DNA from: Nitrospira sp. LK70
Lineage (GTDB): Bacteria; Nitrospirota; Nitrospiria; Nitrospirales; Nitrospiraceae
DNA length: 64,000 bases
Assembly (NCBI GenBank): GCA_011090425.1
Contig: PHGD01000002.1
Location: 2,643 to 66,642 of the forward strand
Direction: 5' to 3'
Each line of letters begins with the position of its first letter. Position 1 is the first letter of the stretch. The position numbers and the translations under genes were made by a program. The notes under the pieces are model-generated. The model was not told the origin of the DNA and did no database searches. It saw only the letters and a program-made list of their open reading frames with translations. Below, in pieces: positions 26,475-35,089 of the stretch.

Positions 26475-26491
26475 TAAAGGATAATCCTTTA
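26475..26491. promoter_or_regulatory. box A1: perfect palindrome TAAAGGATAATCCTTTA
   Basis: A -10-like TTATAT/TATATA hexamer starts 31 nt from the palindrome centre. About 125 nt upstream of the transporter start. Confidence 0.5.
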
Positions 26492-26614
26492 CTCCCCTCA
26501 CCAGTGAGTTGCGTTATATAACCCTAAGAGTCGTGATCGAGCGAGGACCGCACTCCGAACTCCGAGGTCACGGAGCTAGTCTGGATTAGGGTTCGACCAC
26601 CTGAAGGAACTGGT

Positions 26615-28072
26615 ATGGAATCATCACAGATCTCCCGAAAACAGAACCGATTCACGCTGGCTATCGTGGTTGGCCTGGTGGTCGGCACGCTGCTCGGTGT
26701 GTGGCTGCACGCCAGATATCTGACAGAGGATAATGCGCGACTCAATACCATTGAGCAATGGCAGAAAGAGATCACACGGAAAATAGGGGAGGCTAAGGAT
26801 GCCGCCACCCGTCTTCACCTGGAGCACCAACAGCAGGAACTCGCGGCCCAATACAAGGCTGCTGAGATGGCCCGCGACCAAAAAGTCGAGCCACTGGGGC
26901 TGTTGGGAGAACTCTTTCTGCGCCTCATTCAAATGATTATTGCCCCACTGGTCTTCACCACCGTGGTGGTCGGGGTCGCGAAACTCGGTGACAGCACGGC
27001 GGTGGGGCGGATTGGAGGGAAAACCTTGGTCTGGTTTCTGAGCGCGTCATGTGTGAGTCTCGTGCTGGGGCTGATTCTAGTCAACATTCTGCAACCAGGA
27101 GTTCCCCTGCAGGGACATCTGCCGGACCCCTCGGGCAGTCCGGAAATTCCGAAAGAACCCCCATCGCTGAAACGGTTTTTCTACCAGCTCATCCCGTCCA
27201 GTGTTGTGGACGCAATGGCCCACAACGACACGCTGGCGATCGTGCTGTTCTCTGTCTTGTTCGGTATCGCCACCGCGGCGTTGCGCGAGTCAGGCACCAT
27301 TCTGGTGCAGGTCTGTGAGGCTGCGGCGCAGGTCATTTTGAAGATCACGGGCTATATCATGCGCCTTGCGCCGGTGGCCGTGTTCGGAGCAATGGCGGCC
27401 ATCATCGCGAAACACGGACCTGGCGTTCTGCATACGTATATCGTGTTCATTGTCGAATTCTACGGGGGGTTGCTTCTCCTGTGGGCCATCCTGCTTGTGG
27501 CGGGCTATTGTGTCATTGGGACACGGGTGCTCGCACTGCTTCGGCAAATTCAAGAGCCGATCGTCTTAGCCTTCTCCACCTCGAGCAGTGAAGCGGCCTT
27601 TCCCAAAACGATGGAGGTCTTAGAGCGATTCGGGTGCAAGGCGAGCATCGTCCGGTTTGTGTTGCCGATCGGGTATTCGTTCAACCTAGATGGCAGCATG
27701 ATGTATATGACCTTTGCGACGCTGTTTATTGCCCAAGCGGCTGGTCTGGAGTTGCCGCTTGCCACTCAGATGAGCATGCTCTTGGTGCTGATGCTGACCA
27801 GTAAAGGAGTGGCTGGCGTGCCGAGAGCGTCTCTAGTCGTGATTGCCGCAACGTTGACGCAGTTCCAAATTCAAGGAGCCGGTGGCCTGGCATTATTGTT
27901 GGGGATTGATGCTCTGCTGGATATGGGCCGGAGCGGGACCAACGTGCTCGGCAACGCCGTCGCAACGGCTGTGATCTCGAAATGGGAAGGGGCTTTGGAC
28001 TCTCCACAGGAGAAGAGCGAGCCACACCGTTCATCAGCCTGCGCAAAGCCACATGGATCTCCACCTCCCTGA
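26615..28072 (+). CDS. dicarboxylate/amino acid:cation symporter (DAACS, GltP/DctA-like)
   Basis: Multi-TM protein with FLRLIQMIIAPLVFTTVVVG, SSSEAAFP and LPIGYSFNLDGSMMY motifs. GAAGGA RBS. Confidence 0.85.
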   Translation: MESSQISRKQNRFTLAIVVGLVVGTLLGVWLHARYLTEDNARLNTIEQWQKEITRKIGEAKDAATRLHLEHQQQELAAQYKAAEMARDQKVEPLGLLGELFLRLIQMIIAPLVFTTVVVGVAKLGDSTAVGRIGGKTLVWFLSASCVSLVLGLILVNILQPGVPLQGHLPDPSGSPEIPKEPPSLKRFFYQLIPSSVVDAMAHNDTLAIVLFSVLFGIATAALRESGTILVQVCEAAAQVILKITGYIMRLAPVAVFGAMAAIIAKHGPGVLHTYIVFIVEFYGGLLLLWAILLVAGYCVIGTRVLALLRQIQEPIVLAFSTSSSEAAFPKTMEVLERFGCKASIVRFVLPIGYSFNLDGSMMYMTFATLFIAQAAGLELPLATQMSMLLVLMLTSKGVAGVPRASLVVIAATLTQFQIQGAGGLALLLGIDALLDMGRSGTNVLGNAVATAVISKWEGALDSPQEKSEPHRSSACAKPHGSPPP

Positions 28073-28120
28073 ATCTGGGACTCTTTCCACCAAGTGTAGA
28101 TGGACTCTTGACTGACAACA

Positions 28121-28137
28121 TAAAGGATAATCCTTTA
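28121..28137. promoter_or_regulatory. box A2: perfect palindrome TAAAGGATAATCCTTTA
   Basis: Same 17-mer as A1 with TAGTAT at the same offset. About 160 nt upstream of the histidine kinase gene. Confidence 0.5.
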
Positions 28138-28297
28138 GATCGGCGATCAGTGAGTTGCGTAGTATTACCCCAACGGTCGTGAACGAGTTAGGGCAGCACT
28201 TCCGACCTTCAAAGTCACCGAGCTGACCTTGAGTTGAGCAATTGAGAGACTTGATAGGAACGCAGCAGCGCTCAACAACAGGAAAGAAAGGATCACC

Positions 28298-29770
28298 ATG
28301 AGTTTGTGGGTTACATACACGATTAATAAGTGGATTACCCCCATGATTCAGCGGCAGCCAGAACTCTCGGGAAAGATTCGATGGACCTTTCAATTTATGT
28401 TGCGATGGGCTGCAGCACCGATTGTGTTGATCTTGATGATGAGTATGTTCGCGAGCTTGAAAATTGTTAGCGGCGCGCTGGAAAGCTCTATTTGGGAACG
28501 ATCGAAGGATGGTGTACGGACCATGGTGGAGGCGATGGCAACGGTCATTGAGTCAACCGTGCCGCCGGGGGATGCGATTGGGCCGGAGATGGATAAAACG
28601 GTACGGGAACGTGTCACGCAGATCATCCACAACGCACAATTCCCTCCAAACGTGTACCTTATGCTTTTCGATGTGGAAGGTTTTGTCATAGCCCAAGGTA
28701 CGAGACCGGCAGATGAGGATGTGGGAGGCAATCATTTTAACTATAAGGATGTCGACGAGTTTCCGTTCATTCAGGAGTTGATAAAGGCAGCGCAAAGGAA
28801 ACAGGGCGAGTTTGTTTCCTACAAGTGGCCCAAACAGAATGGTGGGACGCCCTACAGAAAATCTACCTATCCTAGACTACTCAAAGGAGATCGTTGGTGG
28901 ATTGCGTCAGGTGTCTACCATGATACTGTCGAACAGGTGCTCCAAGAAAGCATCGTTCAACATTACTGGTATATATTGTTGGCTACGTCCTTATTGGTCC
29001 TTGTGACGGCGACGTTTCTGCTCTTCATCTCCCAACTAGGTGAAGTCTTAGGGGAGAGAATTGCGCAACCAGTGCTTGAGCAGATGAAGGGATTGACGAA
29101 AACGGGAGATGAAGAACGTAGTTTACTCGCTGTGGCGCTGCACAATCTGGTTTCAGAAGATTTGATTAATCCGCTGAAACCCACACTTTCTCAAATGGCA
29201 CACGCAATGGATACCACCACGCGCCAGACGCTCAAACAGCAAGCGTCGAAGATCATCGCTGACTTCGACGACAAATGCCATGATGTGGAACGCGATATCT
29301 ATCCACCGGCGGTTCGGTGTTTGGGTGTCGGGACGGCGGTGAAGCATAAGGTCAGGGAGATGACCCAAGGCCACGATGCTCTGCACATCAAACACGACAT
29401 TGATGAGTCGATACCTCAGTCAGACCCTGGACGAGAATGCGCGCTCTATCGCATCGCCCAAGGACTCCTCCAGAATGTGCTCAAGTCTGCGCAGGCGACG
29501 CAGGTTCACATTGAGCTGGCGATTCACGGAGAGACCGTGACGCTCACGGTCAAGGATAACGGAAACGGGTTTGATGTGGACCCTGTGGTTTATGAGCCAT
29601 GGAAGGCACGATCCCGCTTTGGGATTCAATGGATGTTGGCTCAAGCGGCAGTGTACGAAGGTCATATCAAGTTCACCTCTAAGAAACGGCAAGCCGACTC
29701 TCCTGAGCATGGAACGACGGTCCATGTCACCATGAGATGGCCAAAGCCAGAAACGAAAAACGGCTCGTAA
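28298..29770 (+). CDS. sensor histidine kinase (Cache-like periplasmic domain, HisKA_3-type)
   Basis: A TM segment, a Cache-like segment (YLMLFDVEGFVIAQG...YKWPKQNGGTPYRKSTY...WWIASGVY), a second TM segment, the candidate phospho-His context LLAVALHNLVSEDL, then the HATPase segment VKDNGNGFDV...GTTVHVTMRW. Confidence 0.8.
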   Translation: MSLWVTYTINKWITPMIQRQPELSGKIRWTFQFMLRWAAAPIVLILMMSMFASLKIVSGALESSIWERSKDGVRTMVEAMATVIESTVPPGDAIGPEMDKTVRERVTQIIHNAQFPPNVYLMLFDVEGFVIAQGTRPADEDVGGNHFNYKDVDEFPFIQELIKAAQRKQGEFVSYKWPKQNGGTPYRKSTYPRLLKGDRWWIASGVYHDTVEQVLQESIVQHYWYILLATSLLVLVTATFLLFISQLGEVLGERIAQPVLEQMKGLTKTGDEERSLLAVALHNLVSEDLINPLKPTLSQMAHAMDTTTRQTLKQQASKIIADFDDKCHDVERDIYPPAVRCLGVGTAVKHKVREMTQGHDALHIKHDIDESIPQSDPGRECALYRIAQGLLQNVLKSAQATQVHIELAIHGETVTLTVKDNGNGFDVDPVVYEPWKARSRFGIQWMLAQAAVYEGHIKFTSKKRQADSPEHGTTVHVTMRWPKPETKNGS

Positions 29771-29783
29771 AGGAGGCACTCCG

Positions 29784-31196
29784 ATGACAGAGCAGATTCG
29801 TATTGTCATAGCCGATGATGACAAAAAGATTCGAGCGTACATTCGCGAGTTGGTCGAACGCCAGAGGGACATGAAGGTCATTGCGGAAGTTGGGAATGGC
29901 CCTGACGCGATAGTGTGCGTGAAGGAACAGCTGACAGATATCCTGTTGCTGGATATCTCCATGCCTGGGATGAATGGACTGCAGGTGCTCAAGCGCATCC
30001 GTCATGACCACCCACACACGCAGGTGGTGATCGTCTCATCTTCAACAGACCGGGATTCGGTTGAAGAGGCGCAGGAACTGGGAGCCCATGGGTATATTGT
30101 GAAACGGGATCTTGAAGAGGAGCTCATTCTTGGGGTGCAGCGCGTCATGGGCGGTGGCATATTCCTGAGTAAGGCAGTCAGCCAAGAGAGACTGGTGTCC
30201 GGAGAAGACGCGCCGGGAACCAGCGCAACAGCCAGTCCTAGGAAGGATGTGCCCAACGGTCAGCAGAGTGAGACGGCAGGCCTGCAGGCAAATAAGTTGG
30301 ATCCTCAGCCAGTTGCCGGCGATTGTTATGAACCAAGAAAGATCACGGTGTTCGTGGTGGAGGATGAGCCACATACGATTCGGTATATTTCCGACACCCT
30401 GACACAGGAAAGACGGATTGCACTTGTCGGACTCTCCAAAGATGAGTGTTACCAAGTATGTACCAGTGTGGCGACCATTGTGGAGCAGATTCAGGAACGG
30501 AACCCAGATCTTGTCGTGGTGGATCTGAATTTGGGAAGCCATGATCGAGGTGGCTGGCAGGTCATAAATGCATTGCGAAAAGATGCAAGGCAAAAAAAGA
30601 AACCTCAAGTCCCTGTGATTATTTTGACACGCACAGTGGACCAATACGTTGTCAGTCAAGCCTGGCGGAATGGTATCGCGGGGTACGTTCCAAAGCTTCG
30701 TCTCGAGGAGGAACTCCTCCAAGCAGTTCTCGCCGTCCATTCCGGGGAAACACATTATAGCCCATCACTTGGTGAACGAGTTTGGAGACCAAGCCCGGAA
30801 ACTCTGAGGCTGACTCCACGAGGACGACAGGTGTTTTATCTATTTGTAATGGATCGCTCAACGGAACAGATCGCAGAGGAATTGGGAATGGACGAGGATA
30901 CGGTCTGGGGACATGAGTCCAAAAATCGACAAAGAATAGGCCCCGAGCTTGGGTGGAAGGACGTGGATAGAGTTGCGAAAAAGGATCCGAGCGTCCTCAA
31001 GGCATTAACAGAAAGGGAGCGGAAGGTGTTCGATGCGTACGTGAAGGACCCCGGTGACGTGGAGCACATTGCTGCGGCGACAGGGTTTTCAGTCCTTGAA
31101 GTCAAGGACTTGGTCTCAGCCATGCACGATAAGGATAAGGTAGGGTGCTATCCTGGAGGATGGTTTGACATTGCACGGAAGGAGAGAGCCATATGA
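29784..31196 (+). CDS. response regulator with two receiver domains and two LuxR/GerE-like HTH units
   Basis: REC1 (DDD...LLLDISMPGMNG...YIVK); REC2 (VVEDE...VVVDLNLG...ILTRT...YVPK); HTH1 LTPRGRQVFYLFVMDRSTEQIAEELGMDEDTV; HTH2 LTERERKVFDAYVKDPGDVEHIAAATGFSVLEV. AAGGAGG RBS. Confidence 0.8.
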   Translation: MTEQIRIVIADDDKKIRAYIRELVERQRDMKVIAEVGNGPDAIVCVKEQLTDILLLDISMPGMNGLQVLKRIRHDHPHTQVVIVSSSTDRDSVEEAQELGAHGYIVKRDLEEELILGVQRVMGGGIFLSKAVSQERLVSGEDAPGTSATASPRKDVPNGQQSETAGLQANKLDPQPVAGDCYEPRKITVFVVEDEPHTIRYISDTLTQERRIALVGLSKDECYQVCTSVATIVEQIQERNPDLVVVDLNLGSHDRGGWQVINALRKDARQKKKPQVPVIILTRTVDQYVVSQAWRNGIAGYVPKLRLEEELLQAVLAVHSGETHYSPSLGERVWRPSPETLRLTPRGRQVFYLFVMDRSTEQIAEELGMDEDTVWGHESKNRQRIGPELGWKDVDRVAKKDPSVLKALTERERKVFDAYVKDPGDVEHIAAATGFSVLEVKDLVSAMHDKDKVGCYPGGWFDIARKERAI

Positions 31197-31374
31197 ATTG
31201 ATCGCAGAATGGAACAATGTCGTTTCAAGCGATCACATCGCCGATGACTCTAAGCATCGGCACGCATTTGTTTATCCCAGTTCGATGTTCTGATGTTCAG
31301 TGGGGCAAGTAGCTGCGTTGACGGAGTTCGACTCCATAGAAAATTGATAGTGAGATTAGGTTTATAGCCCATTA

Positions 31375-31517
31375 GTCACTTGTGCCTTGAGTGCCTGTCC
31401 TGCCGGTTTGCCTTCTTCTCTGGAACAGCTTATCTGACGGCCTAAAGGGATTTCCTTTACAAAAGCCCAGTCCAAACCTCAGCTCGCTGGACCGTGGAAT
31501 GCGAGACAATCCCGCCA
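31375..31517 (+). repeat. element B1, about 140 nt, homologous to B2; contains TAAAGGGATTTCCTTTA
   Basis: Aligns at about 75% identity by eye with 34868-35017. The box is at 31443-31459. A GG-N10-GC motif TGGACCGTGGAATGC lies at 31488-31502. Confidence 0.6.
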
Positions 31518-31909
31518 TGAAAGGGTCAGTTTCTTGCGGATTCTTATCAGCGCGCAGATGGAATGCTGCAGGGAGCACACCCTTGAACGATGCGGTGCTG
31601 AATCGTGAGGGCCACACGATTCGAGAGCAGCAGGAACTCGGGGGCTCATGCCGCGTTGGCGTGGACTCAGAACAAGGGCCAGGGAGTCCGGGAGAGTCAA
31701 CATCCGGATCACCATGGGGCTGACGTTTCGTACCCTGGCTCGGAGAATCAGTCGCCTGAAGGATGGTGGAGTTTGCACCCCTCCAGGCTACAATTCTGGA
31801 CTCTATTTCGCTAGACCCCCGGGTGGTTGCTGCTCTCGTAGGTTGTGCCCAAATTCATTAATGACTGCGTGTTATCAGGCGTGTGGATCTTATCTTTGGA
31901 GGGACAACT

Positions 31910-33391
31910 ATGACAAAGAGAACAAGGAATAGGCTCAATATTCTTCACCTCTTATGCCTGGCCATGCTGTTCGTGAGTGGATGCTCTGACGGCGGCCAGG
32001 ATCAGGCGGCTTTCGTGCCGAACCAGTCAAGTCCTGGGCCAACCGAGCCGGGCCCTGACCCTACTCCACCCGGACAGTCACCTCTTCCTTCCGACAAGGA
32101 GAACGGAACTCCAGCGACTTTTACAATTCAAGGTCCAAACGGAGAACTCTCAACTTTAACTGGAAGAAAAGTTGGTCAGGAGTTCGTCTACCAAGGCGAT
32201 ATGCGATTCAGATACCCAGAGAAATCAGGTCAGTTTGAGCCATTTGGGATAGGCATCAGACGCTTCAAACGCTGGGATAACGGTGTCATTCCCTACTACT
32301 TGCAAACAGATCATCCCTACGGGGCAGAGATTGAAAAAGCGATTACCACATTGAACAGAAACACCGTCCTTTGGTATGTGCCAGCAACCGATCCCAGTCG
32401 CGACCACATTTCCATACAATACGGCGAGGACTGCTCCTCTGGGGTTGGTACGCCATGGTTTGGGGATGGATACCAGGTATCACTTGGCAAAGGATGCAAT
32501 AGCCAAGGGACAATCATACACGAGCTTCTCCATGCTGCCGGGCTTTTTCATGAACAGTCACGCGAGGATCGAGATAACTACTTGACCATCTATTGGGACA
32601 ACATTAAAGAGGATTACAAAGACCAGTGGGAAAAGGATCCCTGGTGGTCGAAGTCAATCGGACCGTATAACCCTGAATCCGTGATGCACTATGATTGCAT
32701 GACGAGACCATTTGCGATTGATCCTAAGAAGAAAACAATGGACTCGAAGATACAGACTCCCTTCGGGCAAAGAGTAGGCTTAAGCGCTGGAGATGTGGCA
32801 GCGATTAGCGCAATGTATTACAACGTTTCTGCTGATCGTGGAAAACCTGCGATGACACCAGAACCTTTGCCAACCTTGGTATACGATGCCAGATGTACAT
32901 ACGACAATCGGACGGTGACGGTCCTCAGCAATGGGAGAGGTCGTTTGACGACGGTGGTGAGAGGGAATTCGACAACCTATCACATCGATGAGCCGTACGT
33001 ACAAGGGCCATCTATAGAATACCCGGAAATCTCGTTTGACCCCGGAGATACCATGTACATTGAAGCAGGCGGGTGCGTGCAGACCGGTGGGCGCGGACGC
33101 ACATGGAAGCGTTACCTCGACCCATCAGGTAACAACTCTGATCACCTGTATTGGGGGACGATCCTGATTCCTGGTCTAGTCGGAGATGTGCCTGGCGATC
33201 ACAATCCGCCTATCAGAGATCACATTGGAGCGCTACTGACGATTCCCGCGGGCCCGAGACTCACCTTGAGTCTCGGCTATGAGGACGACAATTATGATGA
33301 TAACGGGTATTGGGGCCATGATGACGGCACTGAGAATCAGTGTAAAAATGTAGGTAATGCCTATGTAAGTATCACCAAAACCAAGACATGA
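31910..33391 (+). CDS. astacin-like (M12A) zinc metalloprotease lipoprotein
   Basis: HELLHAAGLFHEQSREDRDNY plus the Met-turn SVMHY. Lipobox LFVSGC. GGAGGG RBS ahead of ATG 31910. The C-terminal ~170 aa are of unknown fold. Confidence 0.8.
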   Translation: MTKRTRNRLNILHLLCLAMLFVSGCSDGGQDQAAFVPNQSSPGPTEPGPDPTPPGQSPLPSDKENGTPATFTIQGPNGELSTLTGRKVGQEFVYQGDMRFRYPEKSGQFEPFGIGIRRFKRWDNGVIPYYLQTDHPYGAEIEKAITTLNRNTVLWYVPATDPSRDHISIQYGEDCSSGVGTPWFGDGYQVSLGKGCNSQGTIIHELLHAAGLFHEQSREDRDNYLTIYWDNIKEDYKDQWEKDPWWSKSIGPYNPESVMHYDCMTRPFAIDPKKKTMDSKIQTPFGQRVGLSAGDVAAISAMYYNVSADRGKPAMTPEPLPTLVYDARCTYDNRTVTVLSNGRGRLTTVVRGNSTTYHIDEPYVQGPSIEYPEISFDPGDTMYIEAGGCVQTGGRGRTWKRYLDPSGNNSDHLYWGTILIPGLVGDVPGDHNPPIRDHIGALLTIPAGPRLTLSLGYEDDNYDDNGYWGHDDGTENQCKNVGNAYVSITKTKT

Positions 33392-33410
33392 TCTCGCTTT
33401 GACCTCGTAT

Positions 33411-33456
33411 TCAACGTGTGATTCCCGGTAGCAAGCTACGGAGAATCACACGTTGA
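33411..33456. terminator. long hairpin after the protease gene (14-bp stem)
   Basis: TCAACGTGTGATTC / GAATCACACGTTGA, with a sub-hairpin in the loop. Starts 20 nt after the stop. No U-tract, so terminator function is inferred. Confidence 0.45.
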
Positions 33457-33548
33457 TGTCGTGCCTGTTCCAGAGCATGATGATATTCACGACGAGGCCC
33501 AAAGCACGGCTCGTTCCGCTCATAGGACAGGGGCCTCATCTGGCAACA

Positions 33549-33565
33549 TAAAGGATAATCCTTTA
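33549..33565. promoter_or_regulatory. box A3: perfect palindrome TAAAGGATAATCCTTTA
   Basis: Same 17-mer with TACTAT at the same offset (33588-33593). About 140 nt upstream of the glutaminase start. Confidence 0.5.
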
Positions 33566-33703
33566 TATCAGCCGCCGTAGAAATGCGTACTATCACCCTT
33601 CAAGGCCTATAAATCATATCCAACCGAAAAATTACATGAGGCCTCGATATAATTGGAAACTCTGCCGGTGAGGCCCTGGGATCGACAAACCACGGAGGCA
33701 ATT

Positions 33704-34766
33704 ATGCCAGTTCTACCAATAGTCTATTCGCTCCTCGCCATGTCTTTCATCGGGTGCCAGTCTCTCGTTCTCGAAAACCCTCCACTCGCTGGAATCTCAC
33801 CACCCACCCAATGCCGATCACCTCAGGCGCCGGAGGAAGAGAAATTAGGCTGCGTGGTGAAGGAAGCACATGCACGGTTCAAGGATGACACGGAGGGGGA
33901 GAACTTCAAGGACATTGACTATCTCGCCAAGAAGGTGGACTCAAAGCTCTTTGGTGTGGCGATTGTCACGATAGACGGCAAGGTCTACGCGGCTGGCGAC
34001 AGTGAGTATCCGTTCGCCATCGAATCGATTTCCAAGCCCTTCACCCTCGCGCTGGTCATGCAGGACCAAAAAGAAGCAGCCGTCGTAGAGAGGATCGGCG
34101 TCGAACCCACCGGGATGCCCTTCAATTCCCTCGCTGCTGTAAAGCGGCATCAATCTGCAGGAAATCCGTTGGTCAATGCCGGTGCCATCGCCTCCGTCAG
34201 TCTCGTGCAAGCAACTTCTAAAGAGGAACGATGGGAAAAGATTCAGCACACGTACAAGAAATTTGCCGGCATCGAATTGAAATTCAATACAGAGGTCTAT
34301 GAATCGGAGGCTGAGACAAATCAGCGTAATTGCAACATTGCCAAGATGTTGTTCGGCTATGGACTACTCTATGCTGATCCTTTGGATACAGTGGATGTTT
34401 ATACGAAACAATGTTCCCTCACCGTGACCACAACACAACTTGCCCTGAATGGGGGCGACGTTGGCGAACAGGGGCGTCAATCCCATCACACAAGAACGGG
34501 CGGTTGATGACAAGTATGTGCCGAAAATCCTAGCGGTCATGATGATGGCGGGATTATATGACGGAGCGGGCCACTGGGCGTGGCACACCGGGATTCCGGC
34601 GAAGACAAGTGTTGGGGGCGGGATTGTCGCGGTCGTACCGGGCAGGTTTGCAATTGCCGCGTTCTCGCCTCCCTTGGATCAGCACGGCACCAGCGTTCGA
34701 GCCGCCCTGGCGATCCAATACATCAGCGAGCAATTAGGGCTGAATCTGTTCAATGCAAGCAGGTGA
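33704..34766 (+). pseudogene. glsA: glutaminase (GlsA family) lipoprotein, split by a 1-nt insertion
   Basis: The lipobox SFIGC follows ATG 33704 (GGAGG RBS). Glutaminase motifs FAIESISKPF and NPLVNAGAI are present. The frame breaks at 34445-34449: removing one A from CTGAATGGG restores ...QLALMGATLANRGVNPIT.... Confidence 0.75.
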
Positions 34767-34867
34767 TTATGTACAACATACTGGTGGAGCTCCGAAAGAG
34801 CCGAAGAACAGCAGCCACGATTCAAGAATGATCCAGGAGGCAGCCACGTATACGAAGTGAAGAAGCC

Positions 34868-35017
34868 CCACTTGTCAATCGTGCGTCGAGTGCCGCCCTA
34901 CCGGTTTGTCTCCTCTTATATATCAGCTCATCTGACGACCTAAAGGCTATTCCTTTACAAAAGCCCAGCTAAAGCTCCTAGCTCCCGGGACCGTGGAATG
35001 CGGCACAGTACCGCCAT
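34868..35017 (+). repeat. element B2, homologous to B1; contains TAAAGGCTATTCCTTTA
   Basis: The box is at 34941-34957. GG-N10-GC motif GGGACCGTGGAATGC at 34987-35001. Confidence 0.6.
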
Positions 35018-35089
35018 GTCGTTTCATGCAAAACGTTCAGAGACCAAGGCGGCTAAATCTCAGCCACATTCTCAACCGAGGAGGACACC

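Noticed and set aside
26495-26520. Sigma-54 promoter reading of the TTGCGT motif downstream of the box A sites
   Set aside because: No GG dinucleotide sits 10 nt upstream of the GC in any of the three copies. A -10-like hexamer at a fixed offset fits a sigma-70 activator-dependent promoter better.
26492-26600. Conserved about 64-nt leader shared by box A1 and box A2 transcripts, considered as a possible glutamine/amino-acid riboswitch
   Set aside because: I could not derive a consistent covarying secondary structure: the one candidate stem loses pairs in A2. The third box-A leader (glutaminase) is unrelated, and the sequence does not match the glnA RNA motif as I remember it. Promoter-region duplication explains it more simply.
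30042-30755. 237-aa minus-strand ORF inside the response-regulator gene
   Set aside because: It is an antisense shadow. The plus strand has clear REC and HTH domains and a strong RBS.
31391-31932. ORFs 31391-31723 and 31648-31932 upstream of the protease gene
   Set aside because: They lie within element B1 and the decayed paralogue remnant. Their translations are low-complexity, they have no RBS, and they overlap the protease RBS.
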